Of a stretch of 64,000 nucleotides of DNA, positions 1-9,466 are shown piece by piece. The stretch comes from Armatimonadota bacterium (lineage in GTDB: Bacteria > Armatimonadota > HRBIN16). The stretch is from NCBI GenBank assembly GCA_963677485.1, contig OY781964.1:2400001-2464000 (forward strand), written 5' to 3'. Under the pieces are notes generated by a model that was given only the letters and a program-made list of their open reading frames with translations, did no database searches and had not been told where the DNA came from. Position 1 is the stretch's first letter. Every line of letters starts with the position of its first letter. Both the position numbers and the translations under genes were made by a program.

Positions 1-483
1 GGTTTCTGCACTCTGCCCCTGGATCACTCCAACGCTCATGCCCAGCGAGTGATACAGCGGAGCCATCCATACTGCGTCACGACGGCTTAGATAGTCGTTA
101 GCGGTCACGAGATGGGCACCCCGGCCTTCCAGCGCATTCAAATAGAGTGCCAGGCTGGCCATCAGGGTTTTACCTTCACCAGTCTTCATCTCAGAGATGC
201 GTCCGTCATGCAGTACCATGCCGCCGATAAGCTGCACATCGTAATGGCGCATTTTGAGTATGCGTTTTGAGGTTTCGCGGACCACCGCAAACGCCTCAGG
301 CAGCAGAGAGTCCAGCGACTCACCATCTGCCACACGACGACGGAACTCATCAGTTTTCGCTTGTAGACTTTCTGTGTCCAGCGAAGCTATAGAAGGCTCT
401 AAGGCGTTTATTTGGTCAACAACACGCTGATAGCGCTTGATGTCTTTCTCATTAGAGTCGAACAGGCGAAGAAGTGAAAGCAT
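1..483 (-). CDS. secA: Preprotein translocase subunit SecA (N-terminal part, runs off the window edge)
   Basis: Manual translation from ATG at 483: [19 protein letters not shown]...EAFAVVRE..R...[30 protein letters not shown]...[22 protein letters not shown], matching SecA Walker A and NBD1 motifs. Confidence 0.97.
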   Translation of the reverse strand, partial: MLSLLRLFDSNEKDIKRYQRVVDQINALEPSIASLDTESLQAKTDEFRRRVADGESLDSLLPEAFAVVRETSKRILKMRHYDVQLIGGMVLHDGRISEMKTGEGKTLMASLALYLNALEGRGAHLVTANDYLSRRDAVWMAPLYHSLGMSVGVIQGQSAET

Positions 484-608
484 TATTTAGTGGCTCCTGG
501 GCCGACACGTGCTCGTATTACTTGGCAAGAATGACCCACTAAAATGGTATCACACCTCGACAGGGTATCCTAACGCGCGGTCATATGTGGCTATTTACTA
601 TTGATTGG

Positions 609-986
609 CTATTTGTCGTCCTTGCTGATATCGATGAGTATACGGATCATCTGGTAAAATCCGCCGATGGCACCACCGATGGCACCAATCATACTGTACA
701 GGTTGGTGAAGCCGAGTTTCCTGTCGATCAGGCTGCCGATCCACCAGAATATGCCGATGGTGAGTGCCATCGTCAGACCGACTGTGCTAGCAGCTATAGC
801 CTTATTGCCGCCAGCCTCTGCAAACCGGCTGGAACCCCGTTTCTTCTTTTGAGGGCGTTCCAGAACTGGTGTTTCAATGGCTGGCGGTTCTGGTATTTTC
901 ATCTTTTCGGGCAGCTTTGGTATCTCAGGCTGCTCGTGATGTTCAGGTTGGTTGTTGTCTATGCGACTACCCCTGTTCCGCCACAT
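609..986 (-). CDS. AtpZ/AtpI-like small membrane protein
   Basis: Two TM helices with the pattern G..MAL.IG.F.WIG.LIDRKLG...GAIGG..GFYQMIR; Pro-rich N-terminal extension; overlaps the aspartokinase stop. Confidence 0.7.
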   Translation of the reverse strand: MWRNRGSRIDNNQPEHHEQPEIPKLPEKMKIPEPPAIETPVLERPQKKKRGSSRFAEAGGNKAIAASTVGLTMALTIGIFWWIGSLIDRKLGFTNLYSMIGAIGGAIGGFYQMIRILIDISKDDK

Positions 987-2328
987 AGAGTTGGTGCAGC
1001 ACTTTCACGCTGCGGGCCACATCGGTCTCCAGCACGAGAGCACTCAGGCTCATGTCGCTGTTCGCCGTTTGGATGACGTTGATTCCGTTGTTCATCAGTG
1101 TTTTTAAGAACGCTGCGGTGGAGCCCGGTTTCTGGGTGATGGTGCGTCCAATGACGCTGACCAGCACGCAGTTCTCGGTCACGCTGATCTCCACTTCGCG
1201 CACATTGCTCATGGCATCGCCGTGCTGCAACAGATCAGACTGGGTTTTATAGGTCAGGCTGCCTTCAGCACCAACACGAAGCAGCAGCAGCTCATCACTT
1301 CCGCCACCGACGGGCATGATCAGCCCATCAAGCAGGCTGCGTACCAGGCTGAACTTCTCGCGGGGCACTGCAAACGCAAGTGCATCGGGAGTGTAGCAGT
1401 TCAAGTAAATCGGTGTTTTTGCCTGGGTGAGGATGCGGTAGATTCCGGCTTCCACCAGCGGCTTCTGAGGGATGGCCCCAATTTTGAAGCGCAGATAGAC
1501 GATCGTGCCGGAGGTATGGGTGATGCCGGTGATCTCAGGCCGCTCAACACCCTCAAGCCCCTCTGGCGTGGTGACCAGTGTGCCGGCTTCGTCAGTGTAT
1601 GTGCTTTTGACCCACAGAGGTATGCTGTGCTGCATTGCGATTTCCGCCGCACGGGGGTGCAGAACTTTGGCACCCTGGTGGGCGATCTCCGCCACTTCCT
1701 GGTAGCTGATGGCAGGCAGGGTGATGGCACCTTTAACTACCGAGGGGTCTGCAGTCATCACGCCGTTCACATCAGTGAAAATCTCCACCTTCGCCGCACG
1801 CAGAGCGGCTCCAACGGCGCTGGCTGTGGTGTCGCTGCCGCCGCGTCCAAGGGTTGTGACATCGCCATGAATACCGTCAACCTGTTCTGCCGTGCCCTGG
1901 AACCCACAAACCACCACGATCTTGCCCTGCTCCAGATGGCGCATGATAGGCGCGGCATCTACACGCAGGATACGCGCATTGCCATACTCGTTGTCGGTGA
2001 CAATACCCGCCTGGCCGCCGGTCAGAGCCACGGCATCATATCCCATGCACTTGAGAGTGTGAGCCATGATGGCTGTGCTGATGATTTCACCACAGGCCAG
2101 CATCAGGTCCATCTCACGTGTGTTGGGGGCCACTGAGGGGTCGATTGTTTTTAGCATGTCCGCCAGGGTGTCGGTGGCATATGGTGCGCCGCGGCGTCCA
2201 ATGGCACTGACCACCACTACGGGCGAATATCCCGCCTCTTTGGCCGCAATCACTTTATTGGCAGCGAGTGCGCGGTGCTCAGGACTGTTGACAGAGGTCC
2301 CGCCAAACTTTTGAACTACAATTTTCAA
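967..2328 (-). CDS. Aspartate kinase (DapG/AK-I-like)
   Basis: VQKFGGTSV, VVVVSA.GR.G.PYATD, TTLGRGGSDTTA, FTDV.GVMTADP, GAKVLHPRA motifs; C-terminal ACT domains. Confidence 0.95.
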   Translation of the reverse strand: MKIVVQKFGGTSVNSPEHRALAANKVIAAKEAGYSPVVVVSAIGRRGAPYATDTLADMLKTIDPSVAPNTREMDLMLACGEIISTAIMAHTLKCMGYDAVALTGGQAGIVTDNEYGNARILRVDAAPIMRHLEQGKIVVVCGFQGTAEQVDGIHGDVTTLGRGGSDTTASAVGAALRAAKVEIFTDVNGVMTADPSVVKGAITLPAISYQEVAEIAHQGAKVLHPRAAEIAMQHSIPLWVKSTYTDEAGTLVTTPEGLEGVERPEITGITHTSGTIVYLRFKIGAIPQKPLVEAGIYRILTQAKTPIYLNCYTPDALAFAVPREKFSLVRSLLDGLIMPVGGGSDELLLLRVGAEGSLTYKTQSDLLQHGDAMSNVREVEISVTENCVLVSVIGRTITQKPGSTAAFLKTLMNNGINVIQTANSDMSLSALVLETDVARSVKVLHQLYVAEQG

Positions 2329-2829
2329 CTACGCACCCTCCTCTACACCGAAGTGCTTGCGCAGCACCTGCGCGGCGAGTTCCGCTTGATCTTGAGGGAT
2401 CAGGCAACGCACGTTCGCGTAACTGTCGCCAACCTCAACAGTGGTGATGTTGTGGGCGATCAAGTTGTCGGCGATCTGTGACATCACGCCCCATAGTTCG
2501 CGCATGTTGCCCGCTGTGGTGGTCACCAGGCTTAAGTTTTCAGACACATTGACGTTGTATCCAGCCTCGGTTAACACCTTGATGCACAAGTCGGCCTGAT
2601 GCTGAGGGATAGCGAAGGTGATCCACTCATCGTGGATCTTGGTGAAGGAGATGATAATGTCGTGATTAGCGACGATCTCAAGGGCCTCGACTTGACGGGC
2701 CACACGGTCAGTGTCGCAAATGTTTTTCACACGGATATGTGCAAATAGAGGGGTTACCGTGACGCCGGTGACGCCTCGCTCCTGTTCTATGTGGTAACGG
2801 CAACAGGGGCCGTTAATCTCCGATGACAT
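2329..2829 (-). CDS. Stand-alone ACT-domain protein resembling an aspartokinase regulatory (beta-type) region
   Basis: ERGVTGVT..., SLVTTTAGNMRELWGVMSQIADNLIAHNI....GDS..NVRCLI...A..A..VL.KHF resembles the AK C-terminal ACT pair; its stop abuts the AK start. Confidence 0.75.
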   Translation of the reverse strand: MSSEINGPCCRYHIEQERGVTGVTVTPLFAHIRVKNICDTDRVARQVEALEIVANHDIIISFTKIHDEWITFAIPQHQADLCIKVLTEAGYNVNVSENLSLVTTTAGNMRELWGVMSQIADNLIAHNITTVEVGDSYANVRCLIPQDQAELAAQVLRKHFGVEEGA

Positions 2830-2965
2830 GCAACCTCACCGTCCTGGTTATATAAATAGTAGGCTAATACGCCACTATAAGTATGCCAAAGCTGGGGACA
2901 ATTGACAATTTCGCGGTGGCTGTTACCTGATTTGGAGGAGACACGATGCGGCACCACGCGATAAA

Positions 2966-3190
2966 CCAAGTTTATTACCCATAAATGCCATACGAGTTAA
3001 GGTGCCTCCGATTCCGCGACATAAATGTCTCGGCTGTTGATCAACAAGCCCGCAAAACCGGGCTGTGGAGCTCCTTGCCGATAAAGGTAACGTTAATGAA
3101 GACTGCTTCAGCAGGCTTGGTGATCAATAGCCGAGACATTTATGTCGCGGAATCAGACGCCATAGACCTGTTGTTTATTTACAGGTAACC
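2966..3190. repeat. Family A nested-palindrome MITE/REPIN-like element, copy 1 (inverted relative to copies 2 and 3)
   Basis: Inner IR GATTCCGCGACATAAATGTCTCGGCT / AGCCGAGACATTTATGTCGCGGAATC (3010-3154); outer IR-like TTACCCATAAAT / ATTTACAGGTAA; core is the reverse complement of the copies at about 8945 and 59641. Confidence 0.85.
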
Positions 3191-3199
3191 GGCTGACGC

Positions 3200-3235
3200 A
3201 AAAAACCGGCGCAGTTCTCTCGAATCTGCGCCGGT
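3200..3235 (-). terminator. Intrinsic terminator of the URO-D-like gene
   Basis: ACCGGCGCAG...CTGCGCCGGT stem followed by a U-run on the minus strand. Confidence 0.7.
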
Positions 3236-3267
3236 CACAACAGGCGAGGTGGCAGGAACTAACTCTG

Positions 3268-4344
3268 TTACTTCCAGGTCTCCAGCTTGCGAAGTACGGC
3301 TAGAGCGGTCTCATCATCGGGAACACCGCCAAGGCTCAGCCAGACGCCTTCAGGCTTCAGGTTGGCCATCAGAATATCCAAATCAGCAAGTTCGCCCAAA
3401 ATCTGGATACCCTTACCGGCAGCCTGACACTTTTGGTATACGGGCAGCCAGTCGATAGATCGGCCATTACCGGCACCATAAACCCACTGAATCGCATTCA
3501 ATTTCTCGATGGACAAAAGGCTGTCGAGGTGCCGCAACGCATTCGGCCCGTCAAGGTGATACAGGGTGGCATCCAGCCGGTTTGCTTCACGGGTGATGAT
3601 GGGAAGGAATATCTTATCCCACATCTTCTTAGAGATCATGCAACTGAAGTCGTCGCTGGTCATACACCACTTCACATTACTGACCACACCAGACCAGTTC
3701 ACGCAGGGCTGATCGGCCGCCCTCAACTTCGCATAGTGCCGCTCGAAGACATCGGTAATCACACCTTCGCAACGACCCAGTAGCCTCTGTACGGCTTCCG
3801 GCTCATCAATCAGGTCCATATTCAGGTTGGCTGGGTCTCGAAACGCGGCCACCATGTCTGCACCGGTGTGGATGTCGGTGACGCCCGAGTAGAAAATGCC
3901 TTTTCCGGCTTCCAGGAAAGCATCGGTCATCTCTTCAATCTTCTTGAAGTATAAGTTGTCAGGGCTGAACTGCAGCTTGTCAGCATCTGCCCAGTCAAGC
4001 AGGTTGGGGATGCTCCAGGAAGTTCCTTCGCCGAATTCCAGCTCACATCCCATATAGGCGGCGGTGATATCTGGACCAAGGTTAGGGTTGAAATTGGGCA
4101 ATGCCTCACCGTAGTAGTTGGTGTTCAACGCGCAGGCACGCATCAGGGCAGCTTGGTATTCGGCGTCCATCCAACGGTCGCGTGTTGTGGCCCACTGACG
4201 TGGTTCGGGCCAGGGGCACTCTAGTTTGGACTTACCCACCTGCATACTGACGACAGGCCGGTCTATGATTTCGCAGTTCCACCAGGCATCCTGGCGGGCT
4301 ATGCGCATCTCCCAATCTGGAATGCGCTCTAAAGGCATGGTCAT
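3268..4344 (-). CDS. Uroporphyrinogen decarboxylase (URO-D)/corrinoid methyltransferase-like TIM-barrel protein
   Basis: PNLGPD..AAY.G, DDFSCMIS, YHLDGP.ALRHLD.LL.I..LNAIQWV.GAG motifs. Confidence 0.75.
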   Translation of the reverse strand: MTMPLERIPDWEMRIARQDAWWNCEIIDRPVVSMQVGKSKLECPWPEPRQWATTRDRWMDAEYQAALMRACALNTNYYGEALPNFNPNLGPDITAAYMGCELEFGEGTSWSIPNLLDWADADKLQFSPDNLYFKKIEEMTDAFLEAGKGIFYSGVTDIHTGADMVAAFRDPANLNMDLIDEPEAVQRLLGRCEGVITDVFERHYAKLRAADQPCVNWSGVVSNVKWCMTSDDFSCMISKKMWDKIFLPIITREANRLDATLYHLDGPNALRHLDSLLSIEKLNAIQWVYGAGNGRSIDWLPVYQKCQAAGKGIQILGELADLDILMANLKPEGVWLSLGGVPDDETALAVLRKLETWK

Positions 4345-4533
4345 GGATAAATTACCTCGATTGTATAGTGCTGAATTTTACTTCGTATTTATTTCATGTA
4401 CGGTCAGGATATATGATCTCATTTACGGTATGGTGTTGGTCCCGATAATGGAATGTCTCACCTCAGATATAGCAGATGACAGAATGTCTGTTCCTCATAT
4501 GGCATGAAACAGTACAACAGCCCGTATTATACG

Positions 4534-5124
4534 TTAACTGCGTTTGGCGCGATACAACCGGAACTCGGGTTCGTTGATGGTCTCTATCGACACAAACCCG
4601 GTCTGTTCCAGCAACTCGCGCATCTGCGCGTCGCTGGGCAAGATGTGTTCAAACTCTATATGACAACACGGAGTTATGTTGTGGACCCGCTCCCAGCCGA
4701 CCGAGTGGCTCACGATGACCATTCCGCCGGGTGTCAGCATTCGGTAGATATTCGCCAGAGCCGCCGCCCGGTCACGAAGCTGGTGGATCACAGTGTGGCA
4801 GATGACGCGGTGATAACTGCCGTCGATGTGGTCAAGGTCATGGATATCTGCATCAAGCAGCCTCACGCAGGCCGGAAATCGCATCTCCATGGCAGTGCGC
4901 AAGGACTGGATCGACAGGTCAATGCCGCAGATGTGCCCCTGAGCCTGCATTCGCTCCAGCAGCGGGGGGATCAGGCTACCGGTGCCGGTACCTACATCCA
5001 GCACGTTCATGCCCGGCTCGATGCGCGCAAGCTGCACGACCCGCTGAAGTCTGTTTGTGGCATCTAAACTAACGCTTAACCGAGCCGAAAAGGCGTCTGA
5101 GAACAGTTTTTGTTCGATGGCCAC
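4534..5124 (-). CDS. Class I SAM-dependent methyltransferase
   Basis: VLDVGTGTG, GIDLS, RML.PGG motifs; GTG start at 5124 chosen because of the AGGAGA RBS. Confidence 0.85.
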   Translation of the reverse strand: MAIEQKLFSDAFSARLSVSLDATNRLQRVVQLARIEPGMNVLDVGTGTGSLIPPLLERMQAQGHICGIDLSIQSLRTAMEMRFPACVRLLDADIHDLDHIDGSYHRVICHTVIHQLRDRAAALANIYRMLTPGGMVIVSHSVGWERVHNITPCCHIEFEHILPSDAQMRELLEQTGFVSIETINEPEFRLYRAKRS

Positions 5125-5251
5125 AGTCTTTCTCCTAAGCGTATTCGGTGCACAGTATACAATTGTACGTATCGGGGCGTGATTCCTTCTGGGTTGATAT
5201 GTGATTTGATTGGTTGTAATGTAGCAATGGAACAGGACAGGAGATATAAAG

Positions 5252-5995
5252 TTGCCTAAAGAGCCATTTACCATGGATTTCGCGGTGCATTACTACGAGG
5301 TAGACCGCTTTGAACGCAGTAACCCGCTTTCGATTTTAGATTACCTTCAAGAGATAGCTACCCTTCATGCCTATGATTTGGGCTTTGGGTTTGACCATAT
5401 AATCAAAGAGAACAAGGCCTGGGTGATCAACCGATGGTCACTTCAGATGGACCGCTACCCCAAATTCCGTGACACCATTACCATCCAAACCTGGCCCAGC
5501 AGCTTAGAGAAGGTGATCGGCACGCGTGAATTTCGGATTTTGGACGCTCAGAAGCAGCAGATCGGCTGCGCCACCTCACGATGGGCTTATATCGACCTGG
5601 CGCGGCGCCGACCCACTCGAGCACCCATCAAAGACGAATACATGGCGTATCGTAACCCCCTAAGGATGATCGATGACCCCTTCAACGAAATCCCAAAACC
5701 GGTGACGGCTGGCATTCGAAAAGACGTGACCGTGCATCGCTTTGACATGGATTCGCTGGAGCATGTGAACAATGTACGTTACCTGCAGTGGATGCTGGAG
5801 ACGGTGCCCGATGATCTGCTGGATAACTATGAGATGGCCACGCTGGAGATCATCTACCGTAAAGAGACGGGCTTAGGTGAAGTGGTGCATGTGCAGACCG
5901 AACCGCTGCTGAACGGCAGTTGCCTGCATCTGCTCAGCGATACCAGCGGAGCAGATGTCACCATCGCGCGCACCACCTGGCGCAAGTGGCGGTAG
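5252..5995 (+). CDS. Acyl-ACP thioesterase (double hot-dog fold)
   Basis: V.YYEVD...YLQEIA..H, R.P...D.I.I.TW, DMDSLEHVNNVRYL.W motifs; AGGAGA RBS. Confidence 0.9.
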   Translation: MPKEPFTMDFAVHYYEVDRFERSNPLSILDYLQEIATLHAYDLGFGFDHIIKENKAWVINRWSLQMDRYPKFRDTITIQTWPSSLEKVIGTREFRILDAQKQQIGCATSRWAYIDLARRRPTRAPIKDEYMAYRNPLRMIDDPFNEIPKPVTAGIRKDVTVHRFDMDSLEHVNNVRYLQWMLETVPDDLLDNYEMATLEIIYRKETGLGEVVHVQTEPLLNGSCLHLLSDTSGADVTIARTTWRKWR

Positions 5996-6038
5996 CGGAG
6001 AGCCACCCACTTTGTATACCTGGTAGATTCGCCCCCCT

Positions 6039-6101
6039 ATTCCGCGACATTTATGTCGCGGAATTGGCGATCTACTGATTATGCGATATTTATGGTTAAT
6101 A
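6039..6101. repeat. Minimal (collapsed) Family A element
   Basis: Palindrome ATTCCGCGACATTTATGTCGCGGAAT, followed about 27 nt after the GTCGCGG core by ATTTATGGTTAATAG, which resembles the outer arm. Confidence 0.6.
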
Positions 6102-6140
6102 GTTGAGGGTTTGGCACCCCCACACCGTGACTTCCATATC

Positions 6141-6174
6141 CCATACAGGGCGGCCGGGTGGCCGCCCTGTATGG
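6141..6174. terminator. Strong hairpin between convergent genes (likely terminator)
   Basis: CCATACAGGGCGGCC-gggt-GGCCGCCCTGTATGG, a 15-bp perfect stem. Confidence 0.65.
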
Positions 6175-6177
6175 TGG

Positions 6178-8712
6178 CTATTTAGTCGGTTTGACCACTT
6201 TGTAGCGGACGATCAGGCTCTGCCCCTTGGCGGGAATACGCAGCTCCAGACCGTTTGAGATGAGCTGCTTGCCGCTCACGGTTTTGGTCGTTGACTTGCG
6301 ATCCTCATCTAAGAACTCCAGCTTATAGTTGGCTTTAGGGTCTATTGTATTGAGTTCCACAATCAGCCCCATAGTCGCGCACTCTGGACGGCGGAACGCC
6401 GCCACCATGCCTTCACCGGTGTCAGGCCGATGCAACTGGTAAGCGAAGAACTCCGACAGCGAACTGCCGACGTTGGTCAGCGGGTAGATGTCACCGTAGA
6501 AATACTTTCGGTTAGCGGCCACCTCGGCCAGCAACTGTTGTGCGACCTTCAGCGAGTAAGCAGGGTCAAGGTATGCCATTTCGGTCAGCACGCCGGTAGA
6601 GGCAGAGCTGCGGAAGGTATAGGAATCGGGTGTCCAGGCTGCCGATGAGCTCAGGGGCACATACTGCGATAGAGCCACCATCTGCATCTGGTTCCACTCC
6701 TGGTGACCAGCCCAGCAGTTGGTGTCGCTGCGCCACAAAGGCACGGAACGCATACAGGTCTCAAGGTCGATGCGTCGGCCGCCGCTGGCGCAGTTGTCGA
6801 TCCACAGACCAGGATGTTTCGCCCGCAGCTCATCCCACATGGCGTAATGGCCTTCCACGAACCGGATTTCGGATATCCCTTGCCGGTCTTCTGCGTCAGC
6901 ACCGCGCCAGGCGGCCAGCGGGTCAATGTTGTAGTCCTCGCGATACACAGTCACACCGGATTCGCTGATCCGCTGCGACAGTAAGTCAGTCATGTGCCGG
7001 AGTGCTTTGGGATTACCCAAGTTATACAAGCCGCCGTTGGTGCCCCCGAATACGTAATCCGGGTGCTCGTTGGCAATTTGCGTGCCGGCCGCCACTCGGC
7101 AAGGCTCAAACCATAGTATGAAGTCCATGTCGTTCTTTTGGCACAACGCACCGATGGAAGTCAAACCATTCGGAAATTCTTTTGGCTTGTAGAACCAGTT
7201 GCCTGCTCCGTTGGGGAAGCCGCCAACAAACCATCCGGCATCAAACCAGTAGGTATCACAGCCCATTTTATGCGCAGCTTCCACAGCTTTTAGCTGACCC
7301 GCTTCGGTGGCCCAGCCTGGGGCGTTGATGTATCGGTCGAAGTCCTGCAGGCAGATGGGCATTCTCAGCGGTCTGCCTTGTTCCTGCGGCACGTATTTGT
7401 GTAGCATCAGCCTTCGGAACAGGTTCTGCGAGGCCTGTATGTCACCTTCCCAGCTCATCATCAGCACCCTCGGGGTGCGGATCGACTCACCAGGATACAA
7501 CACCAGATGGGTCTTCTCCATTCCGGTGCGGAACTGGGTGCTGCCGTTTGGCTGCCGATTGTAGGACGCTGACCACTGCCCAGACCAGCCTATCGCGGTG
7601 ATGATCCCGCGGCTTTCATACTGCATATTCCAGAACGGGAAGGCGGTATCCTGCGATGGACGTCCTCCGGTTGGGGCCATTGTGATGCTTTGGCCATCAG
7701 CCAGGGTGGTTTCGTAGGGCTGCCAGGTCTTTTCACTGCAGGTGTCACCGCGCAACTGATGCAGTGTCAGCGGCGACCGGACGGTTTGGGTGTTGATCTT
7801 CACATCGACCGCTTGAACATCCGCTATGATGGGGGTGTTGGCGGTGCCTTCATTGGTGAAGCGGATCAGCCACTCTACCGCCGGATACTCATTAAACGAC
7901 GTGGCGAGTGCGGTTACTTTCAGACCAGTCTGTGGATCGGCATAACTGGTTTCAAATAATACGCGGTCGGTTTTGACTGTCTTCGTGACCGTGCGCACCC
8001 ATTTGGGCAGCAGATCGGCAGAGGGCTGTCCGCCATAGGTGAAAGAGAACGGGAAGGCGGTTTCAGCCAGCAGGGAGTTGTTGACATAGTCATCCAGATA
8101 CCTCACGCTGCCATCGGCCATGATCAGCGAAGCGTCGGCCCAATCGGACTGGTCATATGCAATGCCGTCCTCGGTGGCGTCCACTTTCAGAACCAGCTCG
8201 CGGGTGCCATCGGGCAGTTTGATATCTACTGGTGCCGGTGCATCACCGCACTTCAGCACATCGGTGCGCATCACCTCTTTACCGGCAATCTCAACCGTAA
8301 ATCTGGCGGTACCATGGATGCCCGCCGTATCGTAGTTATTGTCGATACCGGCATAAGCTTTGAATTTCTTCACTCCAGCAGGCAGGCTGACCACGATCTC
8401 GCTGTTAGCGTGCGTGCCCAGACCGCGCTTGAACTGCTTCTGCCCGATTTTAATGGGTGTGCCCATACACGACTGCCGTGCATGAAGCGTGTTGGCATCC
8501 TGGCGTTTCACATCAATGCGCACATCGCTGGTCTTGATCGCACTCGGGTTGTCAAACAGCGTCTGGGCCCACTGCTGCATGTGCTCTACCTCAATAGGTT
8601 TTGCGCTGATCGCGTCTTGCGGGGCCTGTTTCGGGATAAACTTGTTGTCCATAGACCATCCTCCAACCTGACATAGTGTGATCAGGCTGCATATCATTGC
8701 GAAATGTTTCAT
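6178..8712 (-). CDS. Secreted alpha-galactosidase (GH36-like) with an N-terminal NPCBM/NEW2 domain
   Basis: Signal peptide; NPCBM motifs (RGLGTHANS, F.A.AGID, DQSDWADA); GH36 motifs W.DAGWF, LWFEP, YREDYN, IDNCASGGRRID, RSD. Confidence 0.88.
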   Translation of the reverse strand: MKHFAMICSLITLCQVGGWSMDNKFIPKQAPQDAISAKPIEVEHMQQWAQTLFDNPSAIKTSDVRIDVKRQDANTLHARQSCMGTPIKIGQKQFKRGLGTHANSEIVVSLPAGVKKFKAYAGIDNNYDTAGIHGTARFTVEIAGKEVMRTDVLKCGDAPAPVDIKLPDGTRELVLKVDATEDGIAYDQSDWADASLIMADGSVRYLDDYVNNSLLAETAFPFSFTYGGQPSADLLPKWVRTVTKTVKTDRVLFETSYADPQTGLKVTALATSFNEYPAVEWLIRFTNEGTANTPIIADVQAVDVKINTQTVRSPLTLHQLRGDTCSEKTWQPYETTLADGQSITMAPTGGRPSQDTAFPFWNMQYESRGIITAIGWSGQWSASYNRQPNGSTQFRTGMEKTHLVLYPGESIRTPRVLMMSWEGDIQASQNLFRRLMLHKYVPQEQGRPLRMPICLQDFDRYINAPGWATEAGQLKAVEAAHKMGCDTYWFDAGWFVGGFPNGAGNWFYKPKEFPNGLTSIGALCQKNDMDFILWFEPCRVAAGTQIANEHPDYVFGGTNGGLYNLGNPKALRHMTDLLSQRISESGVTVYREDYNIDPLAAWRGADAEDRQGISEIRFVEGHYAMWDELRAKHPGLWIDNCASGGRRIDLETCMRSVPLWRSDTNCWAGHQEWNQMQMVALSQYVPLSSSAAWTPDSYTFRSSASTGVLTEMAYLDPAYSLKVAQQLLAEVAANRKYFYGDIYPLTNVGSSLSEFFAYQLHRPDTGEGMVAAFRRPECATMGLIVELNTIDPKANYKLEFLDEDRKSTTKTVSGKQLISNGLELRIPAKGQSLIVRYKVVKPTK

Positions 8713-8887
8713 TGGTTCACCTTGGTTACGGCATTGATTGCCAAATGGATAGATTAGTCACAATCGATAGATGTGATAACTGAATAATAGCACCATCTGA
8801 CTGTGATGACAAACAATGCTAGTGTTCCCTCGATACCGTCATATTTCCTGCATATAGGAATGTTAACTAGTAAGTAACTAGGTTGGC

Positions 8888-9290
8888 TATGTCCGGGGCG
8901 GTCTGTCAGTAGGCTTGTGGAGGCCACTGTTTATAGACCGCGCTGTTACCCGCAAATATCGCATGGCCAGTAGGTCACCGATTCCGCGACATAAATGTCT
9001 CGGCTATTGAACACCAAGACTGCTGAAGCAGTCTTCATTAACGTTATCTTTGTCGGCAAGGAGCTCTGCAGCCCGGTTTAGCGGGCTTGTTGATCAATAG
9101 CCGAGACATTTATGTCGCGGCACATGGTCGATACGATCCCAACTGGATTTGTGGGTAATAGACTGGTCTATAGACCGCGCCGGTCTAGTTCCTGACACAA
9201 ATCTATTCGGGCTATCCGCCTAACCCGCGCGGTCTCGAGCCTTCTGCATCCGCTAGCCTGCGCACAGACCGCCCCGGACATAGGCAACGC
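8888..9290. repeat. Composite repeat: Family A element (8945-9166) nested between inverted Family B arms
   Basis: CTATGTCCGGGGCGGTCTG (8888) is inverted against CAGACCGCCCCGGACATAG (about 9264-9282); the Family A copy is nearly identical to 59641-59869. Confidence 0.85.
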
Positions 9291-9466
9291 TTGACCGTTA
9301 AAGAGGCGAACAGCCATTCGCATATCACCTATCGCCTCAGTGTGACGCGCGAGTTACAACATGGGCAGCCGTGACCGCAAGTGCAGGCGATTGGGCCTAT
9401 ATGGGCGACGTGGGGTTATTTCAGGTATTCTTATATCAAAGCCCGTCAACTTGGAGGCCCGCATCT

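Noticed and set aside
8755-8885. Operator-like sequences upstream of the GH36 gene (TCACA-N9-TGTGA, repeated TGTGAT and TAACTAG)
   Set aside because: The spacing and orientation do not match CRP, Rex or LacI consensus sites, so the signal is too weak to call.
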